DNA of 64,000 nucleotides from Candidatus Krumholzibacteriia bacterium (GTDB lineage: Bacteria > Krumholzibacteriota > Krumholzibacteriia > Krumholzibacteriales > Krumholzibacteriaceae), in NCBI GenBank assembly GCA_963836185.1, contig CAWIIQ010000001.1, positions 1,120,001 to 1,184,000 on the forward strand, given 5' to 3'. Both the position numbers and the translations under genes were made by a program. The notes beneath the pieces are model-generated. The model ran no database searches, was not told the DNA's origin, and saw only the letters and a program-made list of their open reading frames with translations. How positions within the stretch are numbered: position 1 is the stretch's first letter; the number at the start of each line of letters is the position of its first letter. Of the stretch, positions 31,925 through 42,366 are shown piece after piece.

Positions 31925-34900
31925 GAAGCACGAGACGCGAAGTGGCGGTGTATATCCCTGTTTTCAGCCTGCAGAAGTAGACGCCGCTCGATACCTGCCT
32001 GCCCGAGCCGTCCCTGCCGTCCCAGGCTGTTGAATGAGCGCCCGCGTCGAATCTCATCGAGCACACCGTCCTGACAAGCCTGCCTGAAACATCGTATATG
32101 CTCAGCTCTACATGTCCGCCGGCGGAGAGCTCGAAGGGGATGCTGGTAGAGGGATTGAACGGATTGGGCCAGGCAGGCAGAAGCCTTGTCGCCTCCGGGA
32201 TGCCTGATACGGGATCCTCCGTACCGGTCACCCGGTCGGTGGTCACCGAGATGTCGTCGATATACCAGCCTTCGAATCCGTACTGCTCGTCGCTGGCGAA
32301 GTGAAACCGGATCATGGCCGGCCCCGACCAGGCGGAAAGATCGAATATCTCCTGTTTCCAGACTATCGTCCCGGAGAAACAGCGTTCGTACGCCGCGAGG
32401 AATATAGTGTTGGTGGAAGCGGCCCGGCACGGGTAGTTACCCGAGGGCGTGATCGTCTGCCATGTCTCCCCGAAGTCGGAAGAGATCTCGACGATGGCTC
32501 CATCGCGGGCCCAGTACGGGTAGACCGAAGTAGCCTCCGCTTCCATCCTGTGCCAGAAGCTCAGTGTCGTGTTCGAGCCGAGACAGAGGGGAGGAGTGAC
32601 GAGAAACGATTCGGTCATGTTGGCGTAGACATCACCGTCCTTACCACCGCATTTCCAGCTGTGGGGAGGCGTGTTGAAGTCCTCGCCGCTGAGCCGCCAT
32701 CCGTCATACCCGGTGACCGGTACGTGAGAGCATACGGATAGTTCGCCGTCCGGATCAGCCAGTTCGTAACCGCAGGTCATGACGACCAGCGTATCGGTCC
32801 TCGGCGCGATGTTTTCCCCGGAAAAGGTCAGCATGACCTCGACCGGGGAGAAGGGTGGGGTGGACTCCCTGATGAATATCTCGAGTTCGGGGGACAGGAC
32901 AATCGATGAACCGATAGGGATGTCGTCGAGAGAGACGAGCTTTTTTATCGCTCTGGCCCAGCCGTTCGCCGGGCAGGATATGGTGACCCTGGGAGATACG
33001 ATATCCACGCTTCCGTTGTTCGTCCAGCCGGCCTCTACGATTAGGAACTCCCACGCATCGATGCAGCCGTTCCCGTTTCCGTCTTCAGCATCGCTCAACT
33101 CGAACAGGTCAAGGATGAGCCCGGGAGCGTTCAACGCGATAGTATGACGGGATACACTCTTGTCGAGATCCGATTCTATCTCTATGTCGAAACTCGCTAT
33201 GTGCCCGTCGGGGGCCGATTCAGAGACATCGACCGTGAATGCGGCCGGCATGATGGTCGTCGTATTCGGAGGCATATCGCCGAGCGAGCGGATATCGACG
33301 ACCGGAGAGAGGCATTCGTCTTCAACATCGAGCTTTATGACAGTATTTTTCGATATCTGTCCACTGTTGTTCGATACTATAAGATCGATCTTCACAGTCT
33401 CGCCGCTCTCTATCAGTCCGTCCCCGTCTCCCGTGCCGTATTCTCCGCTGTCATCGATGGCGAGCCATCCGATATCCATGAAAGCTACGGCAGGTCCGGC
33501 AACGGGCAGAAGCGCGTTGTATGTGAAGTGTCCCGGTGCGTTTGCGATGAGCTCGAGTTCAGACGCGCCGGTCGTTTCCACGAAGAGCCGCGCCACCCCG
33601 TCAGGTCCGGTCAGCTCTGTGTAGTAGAATTCAGGCTCGGAGGACATCAGGGAAACGCGAGCTCCTTCGACGGGACCATCGACGCAGGATACAGCGACCT
33701 CGATAAAGTTCTCGCCTGATTCGAGTGAATCGCGGTGGTCCACGAGAAGAGCGCACGGTTCGCCTGTCCAGATGTCCATCGCCGGATCGCCTAGAAGGCA
33801 CATCTCGTACATCACGTACCTGACGGCGGCATACGAGAGGAAGGGTATGTTGTCGGTCCTCGAGTCGTCCAGCGCACGGCCTGCCGAGGTGATGCCCTCA
33901 CCGAAAAGGGCGTCGAAGAACTGGCGGTCGAAGAACTGTGAAACGCCGCAGGTCGATCCGGGCGCGCTCCAGCCGAGGCGGGTGTTTCCGATAAAGGCCA
34001 CGGCACCTTCGGGCCCGGTCACGAGCTGCTCACCGACGCAATCCTCCGAGTAGTAGGCGCCAGCGTCGTCCCTGTTGTCGAACGAAGCGGGATAGCAGCC
34101 CTGCGAGTAGCAGACGAAAGGCATCCCGCCTGCGGTGACGTTGTCGAGCCGCCAGAGATCGTAGATCGGGAGCCTCATCACCGAGTGCAGGTTGGTGTGC
34201 CCGAGATGATTGACAAGGTTAACGCCTCCGTTAAGGAGCGGCATGAGCTCTCCGAGCCCCCATGTGCCGGTATCACGGTCGTAGACCGTCGTAACAGAGA
34301 ACTCCGCGGGGATACCGGCCGAGGTGAATCCATAGTCGACGGAACCGGATATTATCTCATCCTTGCAGTCGCCTCCCCAGGTGTCGGTGCCGTCTATCGA
34401 CCAGAGAAGCTCGCCGGCCATCAGGGCCGTCGTGCTTTTGCCTGCCGGCGGAGTCTCGGTATAGAGTATCAGCTTGTTGACGAATGCCTCGATCTGGGCC
34501 GCGCTGTCTACGGGGAGCCTGCCGACACTTACCTCGGGCAGGAGGTCCTCTTCGCCAGGTTCGCCGAAGTAGGAATCGCCGTCGGAGTTCCAGTTGCCGT
34601 CGAGGCACGAGTAGTAGAGATCGCTCGGGATGTCGGTCTCGATCTCCGTTCCCGCCTTGACGTACATGCCCCTGTGAGGGATGACGTCTATATCTCCGCC
34701 GAGGAGGACATACTCGGTCTGCCACTCCTCCCACGCGTACCGGATGAACTGGCGGATTCGTTCCTGGATGTCCGCTCCCGGATAACCGGCGTCGATCGAT
34801 GCTGTCGTGACTATCTCGACTCTCAGCCCGTGATGTTCCCTGAAGGCGGCGAGCTGCTCGAAGGGCCCGGCCAGCTCCTCTGATGTGATAATGACGTACG

Positions 34901-35570
34901 GGACCGGGCTGGCGGACAGATAGCTGCCCGGCAGCGCGTCGCCGACTGTGCCGTAGATCGACAGGCCGTCCGGATTCTCGACATCGGCCGACAGGGAAGC
35001 GGCGGCCCTGGCGGTACTGCGCGCGTGGATGCCGCTGTCCGCCGCCGGACCTTTGCGTGTTTCGATGGTCACGGTGACCTCAGGAGTGAAAAGGGCCCTG
35101 TTTTCGGACCCGGATGGTCTGAGGGGATAGATGTTGATGAAAGCGAGACGCACACCGGCTCGGCGCTGCACCGAAGTCAGTTCACCCGGCGATGGCGGCC
35201 AGAACTCCGCGCTGCCGTATATCGAGGGATCGCGGCCCTCGATCCCGGTCCACCGCTGCCCGAGAGCGACCTGGTCCGGCATCGGCGCGGCAGGCGCCGG
35301 CATCGATACCGTCTCGGTCCGGGAGGGGATGACGTTGACCGAGACGATCTCATCGCCTGGCGGCAGAGCGAACACTGCCGGATAGACCGGTACCATCGGC
35401 GCGCCGGGGCGCGCTATCGTCCTGCAGCCCTCGATAGTGATGAGTACCTCGCCGCTGGATACGGCGAATCCCGGGTGCTCGAAAGTGAGGACCTTCGTTA
35501 TCGTTGCCGGCCTTGCGTCTGTGGCGAGAATCAGCAAAGCAAGGAGCGAAGCTGCGATGTGTGCTTTCAT
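31917..35570 (-). CDS. C25 (gingipain-like) cysteine peptidase with propeptide, Ig-like repeats, MAM-like domain and FlgD-Ig/T9SS-type C-terminal domain
   Basis: YVLLGGD, SDLYY, VGRLP, catalytic NHLGH and SQGC, LLGDP; C-terminal PNPFNP...IYDVSGRLV...WDG.D..G..VSSGVYF. Confidence 0.9.
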   Translation of the reverse strand: MKAHIAASLLALLILATDARPATITKVLTFEHPGFAVSSGEVLITIEGCRTIARPGAPMVPVYPAVFALPPGDEIVSVNVIPSRTETVSMPAPAAPMPDQVALGQRWTGIEGRDPSIYGSAEFWPPSPGELTSVQRRAGVRLAFINIYPLRPSGSENRALFTPEVTVTIETRKGPAADSGIHARSTARAAASLSADVENPDGLSIYGTVGDALPGSYLSASPVPYVIITSEELAGPFEQLAAFREHHGLRVEIVTTASIDAGYPGADIQERIRQFIRYAWEEWQTEYVLLGGDIDVIPHRGMYVKAGTEIETDIPSDLYYSCLDGNWNSDGDSYFGEPGEEDLLPEVSVGRLPVDSAAQIEAFVNKLILYTETPPAGKSTTALMAGELLWSIDGTDTWGGDCKDEIISGSVDYGFTSAGIPAEFSVTTVYDRDTGTWGLGELMPLLNGGVNLVNHLGHTNLHSVMRLPIYDLWRLDNVTAGGMPFVCYSQGCYPASFDNRDDAGAYYSEDCVGEQLVTGPEGAVAFIGNTRLGWSAPGSTCGVSQFFDRQFFDALFGEGITSAGRALDDSRTDNIPFLSYAAVRYVMYEMCLLGDPAMDIWTGEPCALLVDHRDSLESGENFIEVAVSCVDGPVEGARVSLMSSEPEFYYTELTGPDGVARLFVETTGASELELIANAPGHFTYNALLPVAGPAVAFMDIGWLAIDDSGEYGTGDGDGLIESGETVKIDLIVSNNSGQISKNTVIKLDVEDECLSPVVDIRSLGDMPPNTTTIMPAAFTVDVSESAPDGHIASFDIEIESDLDKSVSRHTIALNAPGLILDLFELSDAEDGNGNGCIDAWEFLIVEAGWTNNGSVDIVSPRVTISCPANGWARAIKKLVSLDDIPIGSSIVLSPELEIFIRESTPPFSPVEVMLTFSGENIAPRTDTLVVMTCGYELADPDGELSVCSHVPVTGYDGWRLSGEDFNTPPHSWKCGGKDGDVYANMTESFLVTPPLCLGSNTTLSFWHRMEAEATSVYPYWARDGAIVEISSDFGETWQTITPSGNYPCRAASTNTIFLAAYERCFSGTIVWKQEIFDLSAWSGPAMIRFHFASDEQYGFEGWYIDDISVTTDRVTGTEDPVSGIPEATRLLPAWPNPFNPSTSIPFELSAGGHVELSIYDVSGRLVRTVCSMRFDAGAHSTAWDGRDGSGRQVSSGVYFCRLKTGIYTATSRLVLLR

Positions 35571-35721
35571 CCCGTTGCCGGTAGTGTCCTGGCTATAGGT
35601 GTCTATTCAGTATAACCGGTGGATTATAACACGTTTCCAGACCGTTTATAAAGGGATTTTGCTGGAAACGGCGGCTGAGGTTCGGCTAGTATCGATCTGT
35701 GAAAGGGAGGCACTGAGCGAG

Positions 35722-36009
35722 ATGCCCGAAAAGGATGAGTCGAAGTCGGTCCGTGTCAGGGTCAGCGGTGTCGTTCAGGGAGTGGGATTTCGATATTATA
35801 CCCACCGCGTCGCAGTAAGCCTCGGCCTTGACGGTTATGTGAGGAATATGAGCGACGGGTCGGTAGAGGCGGCGGTCCAGGGGGAAGCGGAGATGGTCGA
35901 CCTCTTTCTCGAGAAGGTGGCGAAAGGCCCTCCAGGGTCGAGAGTCAGAGGGATAAGGGTCAGCGAATCGCCGGGCACTATTTACGAAGGATTCGAAATA
36001 AGGCTCTGA
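35722..36009 (+). CDS. acyP: Acylphosphatase
   Basis: VSGVVQGVGFR, GYVRN..DGSVE and GP..SRV motifs. Confidence 0.92.
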   Translation: MPEKDESKSVRVRVSGVVQGVGFRYYTHRVAVSLGLDGYVRNMSDGSVEAAVQGEAEMVDLFLEKVAKGPPGSRVRGIRVSESPGTIYEGFEIRL

Positions 36010-36011
36010 TC

Positions 36012-36760
36012 ATGAAGAAAAAGAAGATACACCTGATAGACGTGACCGACTTCCGCCTCTCGGACGGGAGCGGGAGCGCGGAGTGGTTCACCGATGCTTT
36101 CGCCGCGCTCGGCCTCGGCGGGGAAGCGGATCTCGTCATACATGACGGGGTCGCAGGTCAGTTCCCGCCTGTCGAAGAGTGCCTCCGGGAGGGCGCCGGA
36201 ACAATGATCTCGGGGAGCCACGGCCCTGTATGGGAGAAGAAGAAGTGGATCCCCCCCTGATGGAGTTTGCGAGGGAACTGCACGAGCGCGGATGCTGGCT
36301 GCTCGGAATCTGCTTCGGGCACCAGGTCCTCGGCCATGCCCTCGGAGGCGAGGTCGTGATGAATCCCCGCGGGAGAGAGATGGGGACGGTCCCCGTCTAT
36401 CTCACCGAAGATGGAAAGAAGAGCCCGCTGCTTGCCGGGTTCGATTCGGGCGATATGGCCAGCCTTATGCACAGGACCCATGTCTCGAAGCTTCCCGAAG
36501 GAGCTGTGAGGCTCGCATACAACAGGATGACACCTAACCAGGCCTTCGTGACCGGCCGGTCGTACGGCTACCAGCCCCATCCGGAACTTACGCCTTATCA
36601 TCTTCGGCAGATGGCGGACCGCTACGCACCTGTCCTGATCAGGAAAGAAAAGTTCGTGGACGACGAGGAGCATCTCGATAATTTCATGGACTCTTTCGTG
36701 GAGACGCCCGCTTCGATGGCTGTTCTGGGAAATTTCGTCTCGATGATAGATTCGGAATGA
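36012..36760 (+). CDS. Type 1 glutamine amidotransferase (GMP-synthase-like), frameshifted in the C-run at 36251-36257
   Basis: ISGS, LGICFGHQ and QPHPE catalytic triad motifs. Confidence 0.85.
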
Positions 36761-36769
36761 TTCCATTCT

Positions 36770-36798
36770 GGAACTTTTCACGGCCCACGATATATAAC
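36770..36798 (+). promoter_or_regulatory. Possible RpoE-type promoter (-35 GGAACTT) upstream of degP
   Basis: GGAACTT at 36770; the -10 element is only a weak match. Confidence 0.35.
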
Positions 36799-36839
36799 GT
36801 TAAAGCATTACGGTTCACACGCATCACGGAGGTAGAGAG

Positions 36840-38279
36840 GTGAAGCAACGGATGAGGTTTTCAGGGTCGATCGTCCTTCTCGCACTGGCGGCCGCTCTTT
36901 TCGCGGCCGGATTTCACGGGGGAAGAACGTATGCGATAAATGGTCCCGCTGCTCTGATATCGGCGCCGGTATCGGCCGCCGCGCAGGAAGAGAGCCTGCC
37001 CGATGTGATCGACAGGGTGAGCTGCTCAGTTGTATCGATAGAGTCAAAGAAGATGGTGACGGCGGGCCGTGAGCATCCGATGATGAACGATCCTTTCTGG
37101 CGCAGGTTCTTTGAGCAGCCGCAGGAGCGCGAGCAGCAGAACTTCGGCTCCGGAGTGGTCGTCAGCGACGAAGGATACATACTTACTAACAATCACCTCG
37201 TCGGCGGAGCGACCGAGGTCCTGGTCAAGTGCACCGACGGTCGGGAGTTCGAGGCAGAAGTGGTGGGCGCCGACGCCCAGTCGGACGTAGCGGTGATAAA
37301 GGTCGAGGCCGGTCAGCTGCCCGCCATCACGCTGGGAAGTTCGAAGAGCCTCCGCCTCGGTGAGACGGTCCTTGCGATCGGGTACCCGTTTGGTATCGGC
37401 CAGACGGTCACGAAAGGGATCATCAGCGCGCAGGGCAAGTCCCTCGGCCTGGTCGACTACGAGGACTTCATCCAGACGGATGCCGCGATCAATCCGGGCA
37501 ATTCGGGAGGCGCCCTGATCAATGAGAAAGGCGAGCTGATCGGGATCAATACGGCGATCGCCTCAAGGAGCGGGGGAAGTCAGGGTATCGGCTTCGCAAT
37601 CCCTGTAGATTTCGCGAACTCGATCATGGAGAAGCTGATTACGGACGGCCGGGTCGTCAGAGGTTACGTCGGAGTCCGGCCCGATGATATAACGAGCGAC
37701 ATGGTCGAGTTCTTCGACCTCGAGAGCAAGGATGGAGTCCTGATAACGACTGTAGCTCCTGATAAGCCGGCCGACAGGGCCGGGATCAAGAGGGGTGACG
37801 TGATCGTCGAGTTCGACGGTGAGAAGATAAAAGACACCAACCAGTTCCGGATGCTCGCCGCCGAGGCGCAGCCCGGTGACAGGGTCGATGTCGTGATCGT
37901 GCGTGATGGAAAGAAAAAGACCGTAGAACTCAAGATAGGCGAAAGAGACGACGAGACCGCTGAGGCCTCGAAGGACGAGAACGCCGAGGACATCTCGCCA
38001 CTTTTCCTCGGTGTGGGCCTTCAGTCGCTGAAGGACGAGTACAGGGAGGCGCTAGAGCTTCCGAACGATATCGACGGTATCATAGTCACTGATGTCCAGA
38101 GGGGGACCCCGGCGGCCGAGGCCGGCTTGAGGCAGGGAGACGTGATAGTAGAGGTAGACAAGAAGCAGATAGAAAATCTGGATGACTTTCGGAACGTAAT
38201 GGACGATTATGACGAGGACAAGGTCATGGTAGTGATCTTCCGCGGAGGCGGCTATTTCTACACCATGATCAGGCAGTAG
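36840..38279 (+). CDS. degP: Do/DegP family serine protease with two PDZ domains
   Basis: GSGV, TNNH, DVAV and IQTDAAINPGNSGG motifs; two PDZ domains. Confidence 0.92.
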   Translation: MKQRMRFSGSIVLLALAAALFAAGFHGGRTYAINGPAALISAPVSAAAQEESLPDVIDRVSCSVVSIESKKMVTAGREHPMMNDPFWRRFFEQPQEREQQNFGSGVVVSDEGYILTNNHLVGGATEVLVKCTDGREFEAEVVGADAQSDVAVIKVEAGQLPAITLGSSKSLRLGETVLAIGYPFGIGQTVTKGIISAQGKSLGLVDYEDFIQTDAAINPGNSGGALINEKGELIGINTAIASRSGGSQGIGFAIPVDFANSIMEKLITDGRVVRGYVGVRPDDITSDMVEFFDLESKDGVLITTVAPDKPADRAGIKRGDVIVEFDGEKIKDTNQFRMLAAEAQPGDRVDVVIVRDGKKKTVELKIGERDDETAEASKDENAEDISPLFLGVGLQSLKDEYREALELPNDIDGIIVTDVQRGTPAAEAGLRQGDVIVEVDKKQIENLDDFRNVMDDYDEDKVMVVIFRGGGYFYTMIRQ

Positions 38280-38302
38280 CCTGCCGGGTATTTAATATAC
38301 GC

Positions 38303-38329
38303 GGGCCGGGCCTGTGCCCGGCCCTTTTT
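38303..38329 (+). terminator. Rho-independent terminator
   Basis: GGGCCGGGC-CTGT-GCCCGGCCC-TTTTT. Confidence 0.85.
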
Positions 38330-38345
38330 ATGAAAGGGACCGAAT

Positions 38346-39026
38346 ATGTCTGTTGTCATCCTGGTTGTTGTAATACTTATATCGGCGTTGATAATCAAAG
38401 TCGGAGCGATAGCCCTGAGAATGACCGGGATCGACAGAGAGACCGCGGGATTCCAGGCCCTGTCGGCCTTCACAGGGACAGGCTTTACTACATCCGAGGC
38501 TGAGAACATCGTCAATCACCCGCGCAGGCGAAGGGTGGTCAAGGGGCTGATGATCCTCGGAAACGCAGGTATAGTGACGGCCCTCGCGATGCTGTTCCTG
38601 TCACTGCAGGGAGCGACTGTGACAAACGCGCTCGCGAAATTCGGCGTCATAGGCCTTATAGTCATGATTCTCCTGGCATTTCCTCTTTCGAAAGGACTCG
38701 ATTCCCTGCTGGAGAACTTCATCATGAAAAGGCTTTCGAAGAGCACGCACTTCTCGATGGGGGCCTTCTCCCAGATCATGAGATTCGCTAAAGGGTACGG
38801 GATAGCCGAGCTCGTGGTCAGCGACTCGGACCGGCTCTCGGGGAAGACGCTTGCCGAGTCGGGGCTTACGAGCAGCGATGTGCTCGTGCTGGCGATACGC
38901 AGGGGACACGGGATGATCCCCACCCCGAAGGCGGGAGAGACGATCCGGCCCGATGACAGGCTCGTATGCTTCGGCCCGTTGAACAATATCGCATCGGCCG
39001 TCGAACAGAAAAAGGAAGAGGCATAA
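38346..39026 (+). CDS. Membrane protein with TrkA-C (RCK_C) domain
   Basis: ALRMTG....A.FQALSAFTGTGFTT.EAE..V.HP.RR; C-terminal GKTL..SGL...VLVLAIRR...P.....I..DD.LVCFG. Confidence 0.85.
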   Translation: MSVVILVVVILISALIIKVGAIALRMTGIDRETAGFQALSAFTGTGFTTSEAENIVNHPRRRRVVKGLMILGNAGIVTALAMLFLSLQGATVTNALAKFGVIGLIVMILLAFPLSKGLDSLLENFIMKRLSKSTHFSMGAFSQIMRFAKGYGIAELVVSDSDRLSGKTLAESGLTSSDVLVLAIRRGHGMIPTPKAGETIRPDDRLVCFGPLNNIASAVEQKKEEA

Positions 39027-39053
39027 AAAAAGGCCCGCCGGTTCAGGCGGGCC
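39025..39053 (-). terminator. Terminator for ino1 (possibly bidirectional)
   Basis: A-run followed by GGCCCGCC-GGTTCA-GGCGGGCC between convergent genes. Confidence 0.8.
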
Positions 39054-39080
39054 CCGTTAATACCACATTTCAGGTCCTGA

Positions 39081-40394
<1,314 letters not shown>

Positions 40395-40455
40395 GCTCGT
40401 TTTTTTCCTTTCGGACAAATTGTGGTCTGGAATCCTTTCGACTAATCTCTCACTC

Positions 40456-40509
40456 TTGACAGGATTAACCAAATTTATTATACTAATAAAAAGGATAAGT
40501 AAAACTTAT
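40456..40509 (+). promoter_or_regulatory. Sigma70 promoter (TTGACA, 17 bp, TATACT) and LysR box ATAAG-N5-CTTAT overlapping the lysR start codon
   Basis: TTGACA at 40456, TATACT at 40479, and the T-N11-A palindrome ATAAGTAAAACTTAT at 40495-40509. Confidence 0.75.
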
Positions 40510-41434
40510 GGATATGAGAGCCCTGAAATATATGCTCAGCGTAGAGGAGACTGGAAGCATCACAGCCGCCGCGAAGGCACATTTTGTGACACAGCCGGCT
40601 GTAAGCATCCAGCTCAAGAAACTTCAGGAGGATCTCGGAACAGACCTGTTCGAGGTCGTCGGCAGGGAGATAAGGTTTACATCGGCGGGGAGGATGGTTC
40701 TCGACTATGCGAGGCGGATGTACGCGCTCGAGAAGGAGATGGAGGGGGAGATATCGGGAATCACCGGGCTGGTGCGCGGAGAGGTGTCGATAGGGACGAT
40801 CGACGCGGCCAGCATCTATATCCTGCCGGCCGTCTATTCCTCGTTCAGCCGGAAATATCCAGGCATAGACCTGCAGGTGGATGTATCACCGACATTGCCC
40901 CTCGTTGAAAGGATGCTCGACGGGAAGCTCGATTTCGTCGTCGGGACACTTACGGGAGAGAAGAGGCCGGGAGTCGAAGAGATGGAGATCTTCAGGGAGA
41001 AGCTGATCCCGATAGCCCCGCCCGGCCATCCGGCCGCGGCGAAGCGCGGCGTCGACGTCGGAACCTTCGCGGGGTATCCGTTCATCTCCTTTCACCGCGA
41101 ATCATTGACGAGGCGGATGATCGAAGCGGCTCTCCTCGATATGGGAGTGACCCTCGAGGTAGCGATGGAGATAGACAGCCAGGAGGCGATAAAGAATCTT
41201 GTCGCCTCTGGCCTCGGCCTCTCGATCCTTCCGCACGAGACGGTGAGGGGGGAGATAGAGAGGGGCACACTTGCCAGTTCGAAGGTAAAGGGCCTGAAGA
41301 TAGAGCGCTCGATCGGGCTTATCATGCCTGGGCAGAGACATGTGACGGCGGCAGCGAGGGCCTTTCTCGATGTGATGAAAAACGAACTGAAGATAGATCT
41401 GCCCGCGGCAGAGGGAAGGGAAAGTGATGGATAA
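40508..41434 (+). CDS. LysR family transcriptional regulator
   Basis: GSITAAA....VTQPAVSIQLK.L...LG..LF HTH; IK.LV.SGLGLSILP. Confidence 0.93.
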   Translation: MDMRALKYMLSVEETGSITAAAKAHFVTQPAVSIQLKKLQEDLGTDLFEVVGREIRFTSAGRMVLDYARRMYALEKEMEGEISGITGLVRGEVSIGTIDAASIYILPAVYSSFSRKYPGIDLQVDVSPTLPLVERMLDGKLDFVVGTLTGEKRPGVEEMEIFREKLIPIAPPGHPAAAKRGVDVGTFAGYPFISFHRESLTRRMIEAALLDMGVTLEVAMEIDSQEAIKNLVASGLGLSILPHETVRGEIERGTLASSKVKGLKIERSIGLIMPGQRHVTAAARAFLDVMKNELKIDLPAAEGRESDG

Positions 41435-42245
41435 AAGGACGGCAGCTGCGAAAGAGGCGGTGCTGGCCGCCGGAGAACTAGTAAGGGAGAGGTTCGGCGA
41501 GAGGGCCTGCCTCGGTGTCGAGGAAAAGGACAGGAACGACTTTGTGACGGCGACCGACAAGGCGAGCGAGAAACTGATAGTCTCGATGCTGACCCGGGCT
41601 TATCCCGATATCCCTGTCATGGCCGAAGAGGGCGGGGGAAAGGTCGGTGAGAAGCTCTTCTGGGTGATCGATCCCCTCGACGGGACGACAAACTTCATCC
41701 ACGGGTATCCCCAGGTCGGAGTGAGTGTCGCGCTTATAGAGGAGAGAAGGCCCATTGTCGGGGTTACATACGACCCGATCAGAGATGAGATCTTTACCGC
41801 TTCCAGAGGCGAGGGAGCATTCATCAACGGACGGCGTCTGTCCATCTCACCGGAGCAGAGTCTCGAGAAGTCCCTTCTCGGTACCGGGTTCCCTTTCCGC
41901 ACATATGAATATCTCGATCCCTATCTCGACACATTCAGGGACCTTTTTCTCAGGTGCCGCGGAGTGAGGCGGGCCGGCGCCGCGGTACTCGATCTCGCCC
42001 ACCTGGCCGCTGGAAGGCTCGAAGGATTCTGGGAGCTCTACCTCAAGCCGTGGGATATGGCGGCGGGGGCGCTGATGATCGAGGAGGCGGGAGGTATCGT
42101 GACCGATTTCTTCGGAGGCGGAGAATATCTTTCAGCTGGAAACATTGTCGCCGGTAACAGCGTCATACATGGGGAGATCGTCAAGGTGACGGAAGGATCG
42201 TTTACGAGGGAGTCGACCGCCGCTCTCGCTAACGGTCTCATATAG
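41424..42245 (+). CDS. suhB: Inositol monophosphatase
   Basis: DFVT.TD, AEE, WVIDPLDGTTNF, RR.GAA.LDL and PWDMAAG motifs. Confidence 0.92.
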   Translation: MMDKRTAAAKEAVLAAGELVRERFGERACLGVEEKDRNDFVTATDKASEKLIVSMLTRAYPDIPVMAEEGGGKVGEKLFWVIDPLDGTTNFIHGYPQVGVSVALIEERRPIVGVTYDPIRDEIFTASRGEGAFINGRRLSISPEQSLEKSLLGTGFPFRTYEYLDPYLDTFRDLFLRCRGVRRAGAAVLDLAHLAAGRLEGFWELYLKPWDMAAGALMIEEAGGIVTDFFGGGEYLSAGNIVAGNSVIHGEIVKVTEGSFTRESTAALANGLI

Positions 42246-42251
42246 AATTAA

Positions 42252-42309
42252 AGGCGGGTGCGGCCCAGGCTGGGTCCAGGCGTGAACCCGGCCGGGTCGG
42301 TGCCCGCCT
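42252..42309 (+). other. Long imperfect RNA hairpin 3' of suhB
   Basis: AGGCGGGTGC/GTGCCCGCCT, GGCCC/GGGTC and GGCTGGGT/ACCCGGCC stems; the mismatches are G-U-compatible on the + strand. Confidence 0.55.
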
Positions 42310-42313
42310 GAAT

Positions 42314-42350
42314 AAAAAAAAGGGGGAGCGCCCCGCCAGGCTCTCCCCCC
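42314..42350 (-). terminator. Rho-independent terminator of the lipoprotein gene
   Basis: Minus strand reads GGGGGAG...CTCCCCC followed by T8. Confidence 0.75.
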
Positions 42351-42366
42351 GCGCAAGAGGTGGATG

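Noticed and set aside
36245-36262. Programmed frameshift or phase variation at the C7 run in the GATase
   Set aside because: A short homopolymer in an assembly with many indels is more simply explained by a sequencing error.
42252-42309. SRP (4.5S) RNA or tRNA
   Set aside because: It lacks the SRP domain IV CAGG-GNRA-AGCA motif and has no cloverleaf or T-loop.
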